A stretch of 16,221 bases of DNA from Chthonomonadales bacterium (GTDB lineage: Bacteria; Armatimonadota; Chthonomonadetes; Chthonomonadales; Chthonomonadaceae): the NCBI GenBank assembly GCA_038217285.1, contig JBBQPO010000137.1:1-16221 (forward strand). The letters are read 5' to 3'. The notes below the pieces were generated by a model. That model was not told the DNA's origin. It made no database searches and saw only the letters and a list, made by a program, of their open reading frames with translations. Below, piece after piece: positions 8,749 to 16,171 of this stretch. How positions within the stretch are numbered: position 1 is the stretch's first letter; every line of letters starts with the position of its first letter. Position numbers and translations under genes: made by a program.

Positions 8749-9161
8749 GTACAGAAACAACTTACACCGCAAGTATGAAGGACGCCATGATGAAGGCGCT
8801 GCTGGAGAGCAGCCAATCGCCTCCTTCGACATTGTCGGAGCTATTTACACTATTGCATGAAGCTCAGGACGCTCTCCATGAGAGCGGCTACACGGACACC
8901 ATTTTCGGCGTTCGCCAGGGCCTGAAGTCCGATTATGGTCTCCGATATACCGCCTACCTCAGCAACACGGAAGGATCGTTCGAGAACCCGATGTTCTCCA
9001 TATTCGTCGCAGACGACCAGTGCGCTTTTCAGGCGGAAGGGCAGATCCAGAGCGGTCTAACCGCTGCGCGAGTAATCGGCGAAGCGCGTACTTACCTACT
9101 GAAGCCACATGTCGTCGAATTGATGACAGGTCTGCTCCGTCAATTTGGTCGGGTGAAGTAG
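8745..9161 (+). CDS. Hypothetical 138-aa protein, translationally coupled to the EEP nuclease
   Basis: ATGA overlap at 8745-8748 with the EEP stop, and GGAGG RBS just upstream. Natural-looking soluble alpha/beta sequence with no recognisable motif. Confidence 0.8.
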   Translation: MSTETTYTASMKDAMMKALLESSQSPPSTLSELFTLLHEAQDALHESGYTDTIFGVRQGLKSDYGLRYTAYLSNTEGSFENPMFSIFVADDQCAFQAEGQIQSGLTAARVIGEARTYLLKPHVVELMTGLLRQFGRVK

Positions 9162-9169
9162 GATCTCAT

Positions 9170-9904
9170 TTAGCTTCTACTCTCCTCAACGGGTCTTTCG
9201 ATGAGTTCCAGAGGATCGTCGGTGAGGTCTGCCGGTTCGGGCTGGTAGCCGTCAGGGGTGATGGCGGCATAGAGTGCATGCGGATGTCCACTGCGGTAGG
9301 CCCAGCCCTGATCGCCATAGCTCCAGTGCCAGAACTCACTGGGATAGTTGGTGATGCCGGTGGGGATGAGGGCGTCCGCGAGGATTTGACGGTGTTTGCG
9401 GGCAGCCTCCGAAAGACCGGGCGCGGCGAACGCGAAGCCTTTGGGGTCAAACCCTTTATAGGGAGAGATGTGGTCGAATAGATTGCCTTCCGTGTCTGCC
9501 AGCATCAGGTCGACGGCAGCGCCCGTGGAGTGCGGCGGGGGAACGCGGCTGTTCTGCGGCGCGGTGAATCGATTGACCACACGGCGCAGAGTCACGTCCG
9601 ACCAGTCCGGGTGCATCTCCTTGAAGCGGTTCCAGACCGAGAGGTACATGCGGCGCTGGATATGCGGCGGTCGCCAGCCCTCCACGATGGCCAGTCGATA
9701 GCCCTCCGGCAGCGCCGCGTTCGCCTGACAGAGCCGCTCGGCAACGGACTGACGCAACAGTGTCTCCCGCCGATAGTGGAAGCGCGGACTGTCCCAGAGC
9801 AGGTCGGGGCAGAGCTGCAGGAAATCGACCAGCGGCTCACCGTTTTCGATAATACGCACGGATCTCAACTGGCTGACAGGTTCGGTAGGCGATGGGACAG
9901 GCAT
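9170..9904 (-). CDS. D-alanyl-D-alanine dipeptidase-like zinc peptidase (M15D, VanX/DdpX family)
   Basis: Motifs IVEGWRP, PPHSTGAAVDL (HxxxxxxD zinc ligands) and EFWHWSYGD. ATG at 9904 is preferred; TTG at 9922, overlapping the upstream stop, is an alternative. Confidence 0.9.
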   Translation of the reverse strand: MPVPSPTEPVSQLRSVRIIENGEPLVDFLQLCPDLLWDSPRFHYRRETLLRQSVAERLCQANAALPEGYRLAIVEGWRPPHIQRRMYLSVWNRFKEMHPDWSDVTLRRVVNRFTAPQNSRVPPPHSTGAAVDLMLADTEGNLFDHISPYKGFDPKGFAFAAPGLSEAARKHRQILADALIPTGITNYPSEFWHWSYGDQGWAYRSGHPHALYAAITPDGYQPEPADLTDDPLELIERPVEESRS

Positions 9905-9918
9905 TATGACTCGTTCTT

Positions 9919-11412
9919 TCAATTTTTTGGGGTGGGCAGTCGGAGGCCCTTTGGAATCAGCAGACGGTCGATCAGGTTGAAGCCGAACTCCACGGCCAGT
10001 GCGAGGAGGGCGGCGGGAATCGCGCCCTGCAGGATCCTGGCATTGTCGTTGAGGGTGAGGCCGCTGATGATAAGCTGCCCCAATCCGCCCGCTCCGATCA
10101 GAGCGGCCAGGGTCGCCGCGCCCACATCGATGATGGCGCTGGTCTTGATTCCGGCCAGGATCGTGCGCGAAGCGAGAGGCAGGTAGATTTTGAGGAGTTG
10201 CGCGCGGGGCTCCAGGCCCAGGGCCGCCGCCGACTCGCGCAGGGTGCTCGGAATCTCCTGCAGCCCCGTCGCAGTATTACGGACGATAGGCAGGAGGCTG
10301 TAAAGGAACAGGGCGGTGATCGCGGTTTTCGGCTGGATACCGAAAAACGGTATGGAAACCAGAAGCGCCAGAAGCGCCAGAGAAGGAATGGTCTGGATAA
10401 CGCCGACAATACCAAGAATGGCCTGACTGACGCCGCCGGGGCGACTGGCGACGATGCCCAACGGGAGGCCGACGAGAATCGCCAGCAAGAGCGAAATGCC
10501 GACCAGCGCCAGATGCTGTCCAGTCAGGGTCAGTATCGTCGAAGCTACACTGCTGCTTTCCGAGGCGTTCGAGGCTGTGCCGCTAAAGTAGAGAGCCGCC
10601 GCCTTGTTGTAGTCTTTGGTCTTCTTCGCCTCGGCATTCATGGCGATCATCTTCGCTTCCGGGATGGTGCCTTCCAGGGTCTTCAGAGCCGCGACCGCCT
10701 TCTGAGGCATGTCGAGCCGGTAGACGAAGAGCGCGTGGTATTTTGGGAAGTAGTTGCGGTCGTCTTCCAGGACGATAAGTTTGTATTCGGCGATCTCGGC
10801 GTCGGTGGTGTAGGCCTCCGTCAGGTCGATCTCCCCGTTTTTCAGCGCGATATAGGCGAGGGAATGGTCGATACCGCGCACACTCTTCAGGTTCAGGCCG
10901 TACTTCGCGTCCAACGGATGCCAGCCGTCCGGCCGATCCAGAAACTCGTGTGAAACCGCGACCCTGAGATCGGGATGCGCGGCGAGGTCGCTGATCTTAT
11001 GGATATTCAAGGTGTCGGCGCGGGATTTCTGCATCACCAGACCGTAGTTGTCGTTAAATCCCAGGTCGCCCCCGAGGCCGATACCCTCTTTCTGGAGCGC
11101 GGCACGCAGCGCCTCCGGTGTCATCTCGCCTTTGACCTTCAGGATCTCCTGCGAGATCGTCGCGGTATACTCCGGATAGACCGCGATGCTGCCGCCCTTG
11201 AGCGCCCCCCAGACGATACCGGTCGAACCCAGGTCTTCCTTGTGTTCGACCTTAAAGCCCGCCTTCTCCAGAGTCCGTTTCGCGATCTTGCCCAGCACAT
11301 TGGATTCGGGAAACTTCTTCGAGCCGATCACGATGGTCGTCTGTGCGCTCCCCGTTCTTGAGGCCAGCAGCAACAGCAGGGGCAGCATTAGCAGCAAAAA
11401 GGCTCTTTTCAA
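9919..11412 (-). CDS. Betaine/osmoprotectant-family ABC transporter, fused substrate-binding protein + permease (OpuAC/OpuBD type; candidate ergothioneine/hercynine transporter)
   Basis: Signal peptide; IVIGSKKFPES, YPEYTAT, GFNDNY, AYTTD and LEDDRNYFPKY SBP motifs; C-terminal permease with QTIPSLAL, an ESAAALG (EAA-like) loop and IGAGGLG. TTGA overlap with the upstream ATPase. Confidence 0.93.
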   Translation of the reverse strand: MKRAFLLLMLPLLLLLASRTGSAQTTIVIGSKKFPESNVLGKIAKRTLEKAGFKVEHKEDLGSTGIVWGALKGGSIAVYPEYTATISQEILKVKGEMTPEALRAALQKEGIGLGGDLGFNDNYGLVMQKSRADTLNIHKISDLAAHPDLRVAVSHEFLDRPDGWHPLDAKYGLNLKSVRGIDHSLAYIALKNGEIDLTEAYTTDAEIAEYKLIVLEDDRNYFPKYHALFVYRLDMPQKAVAALKTLEGTIPEAKMIAMNAEAKKTKDYNKAAALYFSGTASNASESSSVASTILTLTGQHLALVGISLLLAILVGLPLGIVASRPGGVSQAILGIVGVIQTIPSLALLALLVSIPFFGIQPKTAITALFLYSLLPIVRNTATGLQEIPSTLRESAAALGLEPRAQLLKIYLPLASRTILAGIKTSAIIDVGAATLAALIGAGGLGQLIISGLTLNDNARILQGAIPAALLALAVEFGFNLIDRLLIPKGLRLPTPKN

Positions 11413-12143
11413 AGTTGCACCAGGCTCCTCTGCGCGTTCAGAAACTGGGTGACGAAAGGAGCGGCGGGTCGGTCGCGCAGGTCTTCGAGAGTGCCGCGCT
11501 GCACGATGGCCCCTTCCGAGAGGAGCACGATCGAGTCCCCCAGATAGCCCGCCTCGCCCATGTCGTGGGTGACCAGCACGACCGTCTGCTTCAGGGTGGA
11601 GAAGATCTGTTTGAGGTCGGTCTGAAGTCCGGCGCGCACCAACGGGTCGAGCGCGCCCAGCGGCTCATCGAGCAGCAGCACCTCCGGCTCCAGCATCAGG
11701 GCGCGCATCAGACTCACACGCTGCCGCTGTCCTCCGGAGAGCTCCACCGGGTAGCGGGTCAGCCCCTCCTGCGGAAAACGAGTGAGGTCGCAGAGCTCCC
11801 GCAGGCGGGCCTGCATGGCGTCCGGCGGACGACGGAGGTGCTTCGCCATCAGCAGGACATTCTCAGCGGCGGTGAGATGCGGGAACAGCCCGCCGTCCTG
11901 GATCACATAGCCCATGCGTCGGCGCAACTCCTGTGCGGTCTGCGCGTTGACAGGCATACCATCGAAAAGAACAGCGCCCGCAGTCGGCTCCAATAGGCCC
12001 ATCATCAGGCGCAGCAGCGTCGATTTGCCGCAGCCGCTCGGCCCAATCAGCGCCGTCGTGCGTCCGGCGGGAATGGTGAGGTCGGTGGGCTGGAGGGCGA
12101 CTGTGTCGCCATAGCGTTTTGTGAGGCCCTGTAGTTCGATCAT
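11409..12143 (-). CDS. ABC transporter ATP-binding subunit (osmoprotectant/OpuCA-like), 244 aa
   Basis: Starts MIELQGLTKRYG at ATG 12143 (ATGA overlap with the egtB stop). Walker A GPSGCGKS, Q-loop YVIQ, signature LSGGQ, Walker B LLLDEP, H-loop VTHD. Confidence 0.95.
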   Translation of the reverse strand: MIELQGLTKRYGDTVALQPTDLTIPAGRTTALIGPSGCGKSTLLRLMMGLLEPTAGAVLFDGMPVNAQTAQELRRRMGYVIQDGGLFPHLTAAENVLLMAKHLRRPPDAMQARLRELCDLTRFPQEGLTRYPVELSGGQRQRVSLMRALMLEPEVLLLDEPLGALDPLVRAGLQTDLKQIFSTLKQTVVLVTHDMGEAGYLGDSIVLLSEGAIVQRGTLEDLRDRPAAPFVTQFLNAQRSLVQL

Positions 12144-13315
12144 CGCGCGCACCTGACTCCCAGCAGTCCCTGCCGATAGGTCGGCACATACCAGTTGCGA
12201 AACGTTCGGCGTCGGATACAGGCGTCTGTTGCCCACGATCCGCCCCGGCAAACGAAATGCTTGCCATCCATGTGCTCCAGCGAGTAGCCATCGTAGGGAA
12301 ACGCCTGAAAGCCGGGATAGGGCAGGAATGGCGAGGAGGTCCATTGCCAGACGCTGCCCGGCACTTCTTCGAGGTTTCTGGCCGCGAACTCCCATTCGGC
12401 CTCGGTTGGCAGTCGCTTGCCGATCCAGCGGGCGTAGGCGTCGGCCTCGTACCAACTGAGGCTGCTGACAGGCTCCGCCGGATCGATCTCTCGCAGGCCG
12501 CTCGCCCCGGCATAGGCAAATGCCTTCCCGTCCGGCGTTGGCATCCAATACTCCGGCGCGGTCGCATTTTCCTGCTCCCGCCACTGCCATCCGTCCGCCG
12601 TCCAGAGTTCGCACCGCCCATACCCGCCATCGCGCATAAATGTCAGCCATTGCGCGGCAGTAACGGGAGCATCATCCAGGGCGAACGACGCGACTTCGAC
12701 CGTATGCGCGCTCCGCTCGTTATCGTAGACGTGCCGACTGTCCGAGCCCCTCGTGAAGCTTCCCCCAGGAATGAGGCTCATCTCCATCGGAGGAGCCTGC
12801 CAATGCGCCTCCTCACTGCCGAAGAGAGCCTCCTCCGGACGCTCTGTGCGCTGCGTGATGAGCTGCAGCATTTCGACGATCGTCTCCTGATGCTGGCACT
12901 CGTGCTGATGCGCGAACTCCCACGCGTAGCCGTCGGCGATCAAAGGGTCGTCTGTGCCAAGGTCGGTTTCGTCCAGCGCCTGCAATGTGCGCTCACGCGT
13001 CGCGGAGAGGTAGGCGATGGTCTCCATTCGGGATGGCAGATGCACCCGATTGTCTTTGGGGTTATCGGGAATATTGGTGAAGAGAAAACGCAGCTTTTCA
13101 TCGCGGCAGGGACGCCGTAGCGCCTGTTCACAGACCCACGACTCCTCCGTCATGCCGATATGCCCGAAATGCCACCCGACCGGACTGTAGAAGTCATGCA
13201 CCCGCACCTGGAAATAGTCCTGCGGTACCCCGTCCAGAAGCGCCAGGGTCTTCTGCCGGGCAGCCGCCATTTTCGATTGCAGCGCCTCTTTGCGGGCCAG
13301 TTGGTCGATCTGCAT
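12140..13315 (-). CDS. egtB: Non-heme iron sulfoxide synthase EgtB (DinB_2 + FGE-sulfatase domains)
   Basis: SPVGWHFGHIG and HECQHQE give the 3-His iron site; FGE-like RLPTEAEWE, GSVWQWT, PYPGF, RGGSWAT, FRNW. Lies in an operon with egtD. ATG 13315 sits 5 nt after the mini-ORF stop; the track's GTG 13357 is the alternative start. Confidence 0.85.
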   Translation of the reverse strand: MQIDQLARKEALQSKMAAARQKTLALLDGVPQDYFQVRVHDFYSPVGWHFGHIGMTEESWVCEQALRRPCRDEKLRFLFTNIPDNPKDNRVHLPSRMETIAYLSATRERTLQALDETDLGTDDPLIADGYAWEFAHQHECQHQETIVEMLQLITQRTERPEEALFGSEEAHWQAPPMEMSLIPGGSFTRGSDSRHVYDNERSAHTVEVASFALDDAPVTAAQWLTFMRDGGYGRCELWTADGWQWREQENATAPEYWMPTPDGKAFAYAGASGLREIDPAEPVSSLSWYEADAYARWIGKRLPTEAEWEFAARNLEEVPGSVWQWTSSPFLPYPGFQAFPYDGYSLEHMDGKHFVCRGGSWATDACIRRRTFRNWYVPTYRQGLLGVRCAR

Positions 13316-13320
13316 GCTCC

Positions 13321-13476
13321 CTATACCATCCCCTGATCGAGGTAGCACCAGCGCCACTCCTCGCAGCCCTTCGCGCTCGGAGTGACATCCTGGATCTGAT
13401 CGACATGTTTACAGGAAGTTGCCATTCTATTTTGCTCCTTGTCGTCATCGACCGCAAGCAGAACGGGTTTGCTCAT
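13321..13476 (-). pseudogene. 51-aa chimeric remnant ORF: receiver-domain N-terminus fused to an internally deleted UBP-type zinc-finger protein
   Basis: Manual translation: MSKPVLLAVDDD-KEQNR-MATSCKHVDQIQDVTPSAKGCEE-WRWCYLDQGMV*. RBS AAAGGA before ATG 13476, and a second RBS AAGGAG (13440-13435) before the internal ATG 13425. Not listed in the ORF track. Confidence 0.75.
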
Positions 13477-13496
13477 GATAGGTTCCTTTCGGAGGC

Positions 13497-14486
13497 TCAA
13501 CAGAGGGGAGAGAGCAGAGAGACGTTGAACCAGCCGCGTTCGTCCTGTCGGCAGGCCAGCGTCTCCAGTTCTGCCTGACGGCAGAGGGTGTAGACATCGG
13601 AAAGCGTATACTTGTGGCTGTGCTCGGTATGCAGAATCTCTCCTGCACGGAAATCAAAACTCTCTCCGGTGGCTCCGAGCGTCACCGTCTGCTTGCAGCG
13701 GCTGATAAGCCGCATCTCGATCCGAGATTCGGCGGGAACGAACGGGGCGTGATGGTCGAACTGCGCGAGGTTGAAGTTCGCCTGCAGCTCGCGATTGCAA
13801 CGCAGAAGAATGTTTTTATTGAAGGCGGCGGTCACCCCGGCCGCATCGTTGTAGGCGGCTTCCAGCACCGTTCGGTCTTTCACCAGATCGACTCCCATGA
13901 GCAGTCGATCCTCGGGCCGCATACGGCAGCGGATGCGGTGCAGAAAGGCGGTCGCCTCCGGCCGCTCGAAATTACCGATGTTACTGCCGAGAAAAAGGAA
14001 GAGCCGTGGGCCGCTGTCGCGTGGCAGCGCGTTGATCGCGTCGTTGTATTCGCCTGCGATGGCTGTTATCGAGAGGTGAGGATACTCTGTCAGCAGGGCA
14101 AGTGAAGAGTGATGGAGAAAGTCCCGAGAGATGTCGATGGGCAGATAGTGTAGATGCGACTGTCGGGTGAGCAGAGCGTCCATGAGAAGGCGGGTCTTCG
14201 CGGAACTGCCGCTTCCAAACTCCACCAGCGTCAGGTCGCTGCCGGCCTGAACCGTCAGCTCATAGGCATGGCTTTGTAAAATAGCCTGTTCGGTGCGGGT
14301 CGGGTAGTACTCCGGCAGGCCGCAGATCTGTTCGAACAGATGCGAGCCAGGCGTGTCGTAGAAGAAACGGCACGGCAGATGTTTCTGTGCGGCGGCGAGG
14401 CCCTGAGAGACAACTGTCTGAAAGGGCAGTGGTAGATGTCGGCTCGGCGCTTCCAGAAACTCCAGCCGTTGTGTCATCGTGTGCAT
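13497..14486 (-). CDS. egtD: L-histidine N-alpha-trimethyltransferase EgtD
   Basis: Motifs K.LP..FFYD..GS.LFE.IC.LPEYYPTRTE, VEFGSGSSAKT, FLGSNIGNF, LEAAYNDAAGVTAAFNKN, RIEM.L and HTEHSHKY. GAGGT RBS upstream of ATG 14486. Confidence 0.95.
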   Translation of the reverse strand: MHTMTQRLEFLEAPSRHLPLPFQTVVSQGLAAAQKHLPCRFFYDTPGSHLFEQICGLPEYYPTRTEQAILQSHAYELTVQAGSDLTLVEFGSGSSAKTRLLMDALLTRQSHLHYLPIDISRDFLHHSSLALLTEYPHLSITAIAGEYNDAINALPRDSGPRLFLFLGSNIGNFERPEATAFLHRIRCRMRPEDRLLMGVDLVKDRTVLEAAYNDAAGVTAAFNKNILLRCNRELQANFNLAQFDHHAPFVPAESRIEMRLISRCKQTVTLGATGESFDFRAGEILHTEHSHKYTLSDVYTLCRQAELETLACRQDERGWFNVSLLSPLC

Positions 14487-14572
14487 TAGGAAATTACCTC
14501 GTCAGGGAGATGGGAAAATTCGGTGCGGAAGAACAACACGGCATGACGTTATTGCGTCTCTCCGAGTAATGA

Positions 14573-14597
14573 TACGCCAGAAGCAGAATAGGGTTCC
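14573..14597 (-). promoter_or_regulatory. Candidate ECF-sigma promoter GGAAC-N16-CGTA toward egtD
   Basis: GTTCC at 14593-14597 and TACG at 14573-14576 on the + strand, 16 nt apart. Confidence 0.45.
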
Positions 14598-14625
14598 TTT
14601 GGAACTGCTCGGCACTCCTTCTGGT

Positions 14626-14651
14626 AACGCTCCGAAGCGTATAGGAGTTCC
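14626..14651 (-). promoter_or_regulatory. Candidate ECF-sigma promoter GGAAC-N17-CGTT toward egtD
   Basis: GTTCC at 14647-14651 and AACG at 14626-14629 on the + strand, 17 nt apart. Confidence 0.55.
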
Positions 14652-14652
14652 C

Positions 14653-14677
14653 GGAACTATTCACTCCTCTGCGCGTT
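14653..14677 (+). promoter_or_regulatory. Candidate ECF-sigma promoter GGAAC-N16-CGTT toward the disulfide reductase
   Basis: GGAAC at 14653-14657 and CGTT at 14674-14677, 16 nt apart and 47 nt upstream of ATG 14725. Confidence 0.6.
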
Positions 14678-14724
14678 TACACGTACAGGCAGAAACGAGT
14701 CGGCTTAAGAAAGGATCCAAGTGA

Positions 14725-16119
14725 ATGGCACCCAAAAACCGTGTTGACGTGCTGATTATCGGGGGCGGGCAGGCGGGGATTCCGCTGGCCTGGAAGCTGG
14801 CGGCGCAGGGCAAGCGAGTGGCGCTGGCGGAGCGGGAGCGACTGGGTGGCTCCTGCGTCAATTTCGGATGCACCCCCACCAAAGCGGCCATCGCCTCGGC
14901 GCGTGTGGCGCATCAGGCGCGCCGAGGCGCGGAGTACGGCCTGCATATCCCGGAAGTTCGCGTCGATTTTACGGCCGTGCTGAAGCGCGCGCGGGACATA
15001 GCCGCCGAATCCCGTGAGGGGCTGGACACAAGCCTCGAAGGCTCCGCCAATCCGTTTCTGTTGCGAGGGCATGCCCGGTTGGACGGCAAAGCCGAAGGGG
15101 GCTTTTGCGTCCGGGTCGGCGAACAGTCGTATATCGCGGCGGAAGTCGTCCTGAATACGGGCACACGCAGTCTGATTCCCGATCTGAAAGGGCTGGAAAC
15201 GGTCGACTTTCTGCATGCGGGCAACTGGATGGATCGCCCGGAGCTTCCGGCCCACCTGCTGCTGCTCGGCGGAGGTTATATCGCTGTGGAGATGGGACAG
15301 TTCTACCGCCGTATGGGCAGTAGAGTGACCATTATCGAGCGCGGCGAGCGTGTGTTGGCGCGGGAAGACCCCGAGGTCGTTGCCGCGCTGCAGAAGCTGC
15401 TGGAGGCCGAGGGCATCGAGTTTCGCACCGACACGACGGTGGAGCGCGTCGAAGCGAAAGAGGGCGTCCTGCTGCATACGCGCCATAAAGGGAAGACCGG
15501 CACGCTGCACGGCTCTCATCTGTTCGTCGCGACCGGTCGCCTGCCGAACACCGACGATCTGGGGCTGGAGACGGTCGGGGTTCTCCGAGACGACCATGGC
15601 AATGTGAAGGTGGACGAGCGGCTGGCGACGAACGTGACAGGCATCTGGGTAGCAGGCGACATTCGCGGCGGCCCGATGTTTACCCACACCTCCTGGGACG
15701 ACCATCGAATCCTGCTATCGCAAATGGTGGGCGACAAGTCCCGTACCACGCGCCGCCATGTTCCCTACGCCATCTTCACCGACCCGGAGTTGGGCCGCAT
15801 CGGCCTGACGGAAGCGGAAGCCCGGAAGTCCGGCAAGAAGATCAAGACGGCCCAGTTCGAGATGAAAAAGAACGGCAAGGCGTCGGAACTCGGGGAGACA
15901 GAGGGCTTCATTCAGGTCATCATCGATGCCGATACAGACCAGTTGGTCGGCGCGACCCTGCTCTGCACGGAGGCGTCGGAGTTGGTGCATCTCTATATCG
16001 ATCTCATCAACGCCGGAGCGCCGTACACCGTGCTGCGGGACGCCATTCATATCCATCCCACTCTGGCGGAGGCAGTGCAGAGCGCAGTCGCAGCGCTGGA
16101 CACTTCGGCTTTCAATTGA
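14725..16119 (+). CDS. Class I pyridine nucleotide-disulfide oxidoreductase (MerA-like/RclA-like family, no C-terminal Cys pair)
   Basis: FAD-binding IIGGGQAG; redox-active GGSCVNFGCTPTK; NAD(P)H-binding GGGYIAVE; ATGRLPN, AGD and C-terminal HPTLAE. RBS AAGGA upstream. No NmerA domain and no terminal CC. Confidence 0.93.
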   Translation: MAPKNRVDVLIIGGGQAGIPLAWKLAAQGKRVALAERERLGGSCVNFGCTPTKAAIASARVAHQARRGAEYGLHIPEVRVDFTAVLKRARDIAAESREGLDTSLEGSANPFLLRGHARLDGKAEGGFCVRVGEQSYIAAEVVLNTGTRSLIPDLKGLETVDFLHAGNWMDRPELPAHLLLLGGGYIAVEMGQFYRRMGSRVTIIERGERVLAREDPEVVAALQKLLEAEGIEFRTDTTVERVEAKEGVLLHTRHKGKTGTLHGSHLFVATGRLPNTDDLGLETVGVLRDDHGNVKVDERLATNVTGIWVAGDIRGGPMFTHTSWDDHRILLSQMVGDKSRTTRRHVPYAIFTDPELGRIGLTEAEARKSGKKIKTAQFEMKKNGKASELGETEGFIQVIIDADTDQLVGATLLCTEASELVHLYIDLINAGAPYTVLRDAIHIHPTLAEAVQSAVAALDTSAFN

Positions 16120-16147
16120 CAGTGCCCGGCGAGGCGCAGTGTCTCAA

Positions 16148-16171
16148 ATCCTTCGCTTCCGCGCGAAGGAT
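16148..16171. repeat. Stem-loop downstream of the reductase (ATCCTTCGC-ttccgc-GCGAAGGAT)
   Basis: Perfect 9-bp stem with a 6-nt loop and no U-tract, so more likely a REP-like or mRNA-stabilising hairpin than an intrinsic terminator. Confidence 0.5.

Noticed and set aside
7620-9169. Mobile element boundaries around the EEP cassette
   Set aside because: No integrase or transposase, terminal inverted repeats or convincing flanking direct repeats were found.
9170-9904. Vancomycin-resistance vanX
   Set aside because: No vanH/vanA/vanRS context; M15D peptidases are widespread housekeeping enzymes.
12144-12650. 169-aa N-terminal extension of the ABC ATPase in the ORF track
   Set aside because: It overlaps egtB in another frame; the true start is ATG 12143 with an ATGA overlap.
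12140-13315. Selenoneine synthase SenA or ovothiol synthase OvoA
   Set aside because: No senB/selD neighbours and no C-terminal methyltransferase domain; the motifs and egtD linkage fit EgtB better.
14487-14724. Riboswitch or ncRNA upstream of egtD
   Set aside because: No SAM or other riboswitch consensus recognised by eye; the palindromes are better explained as promoter elements. An Rfam scan was not run.
14725-16119. Mercuric reductase merA or dihydrolipoamide dehydrogenase lpdA
   Set aside because: Lacks the C-terminal Cys-Cys, NmerA domain and mer operon; no E1/E2 dehydrogenase genes nearby.
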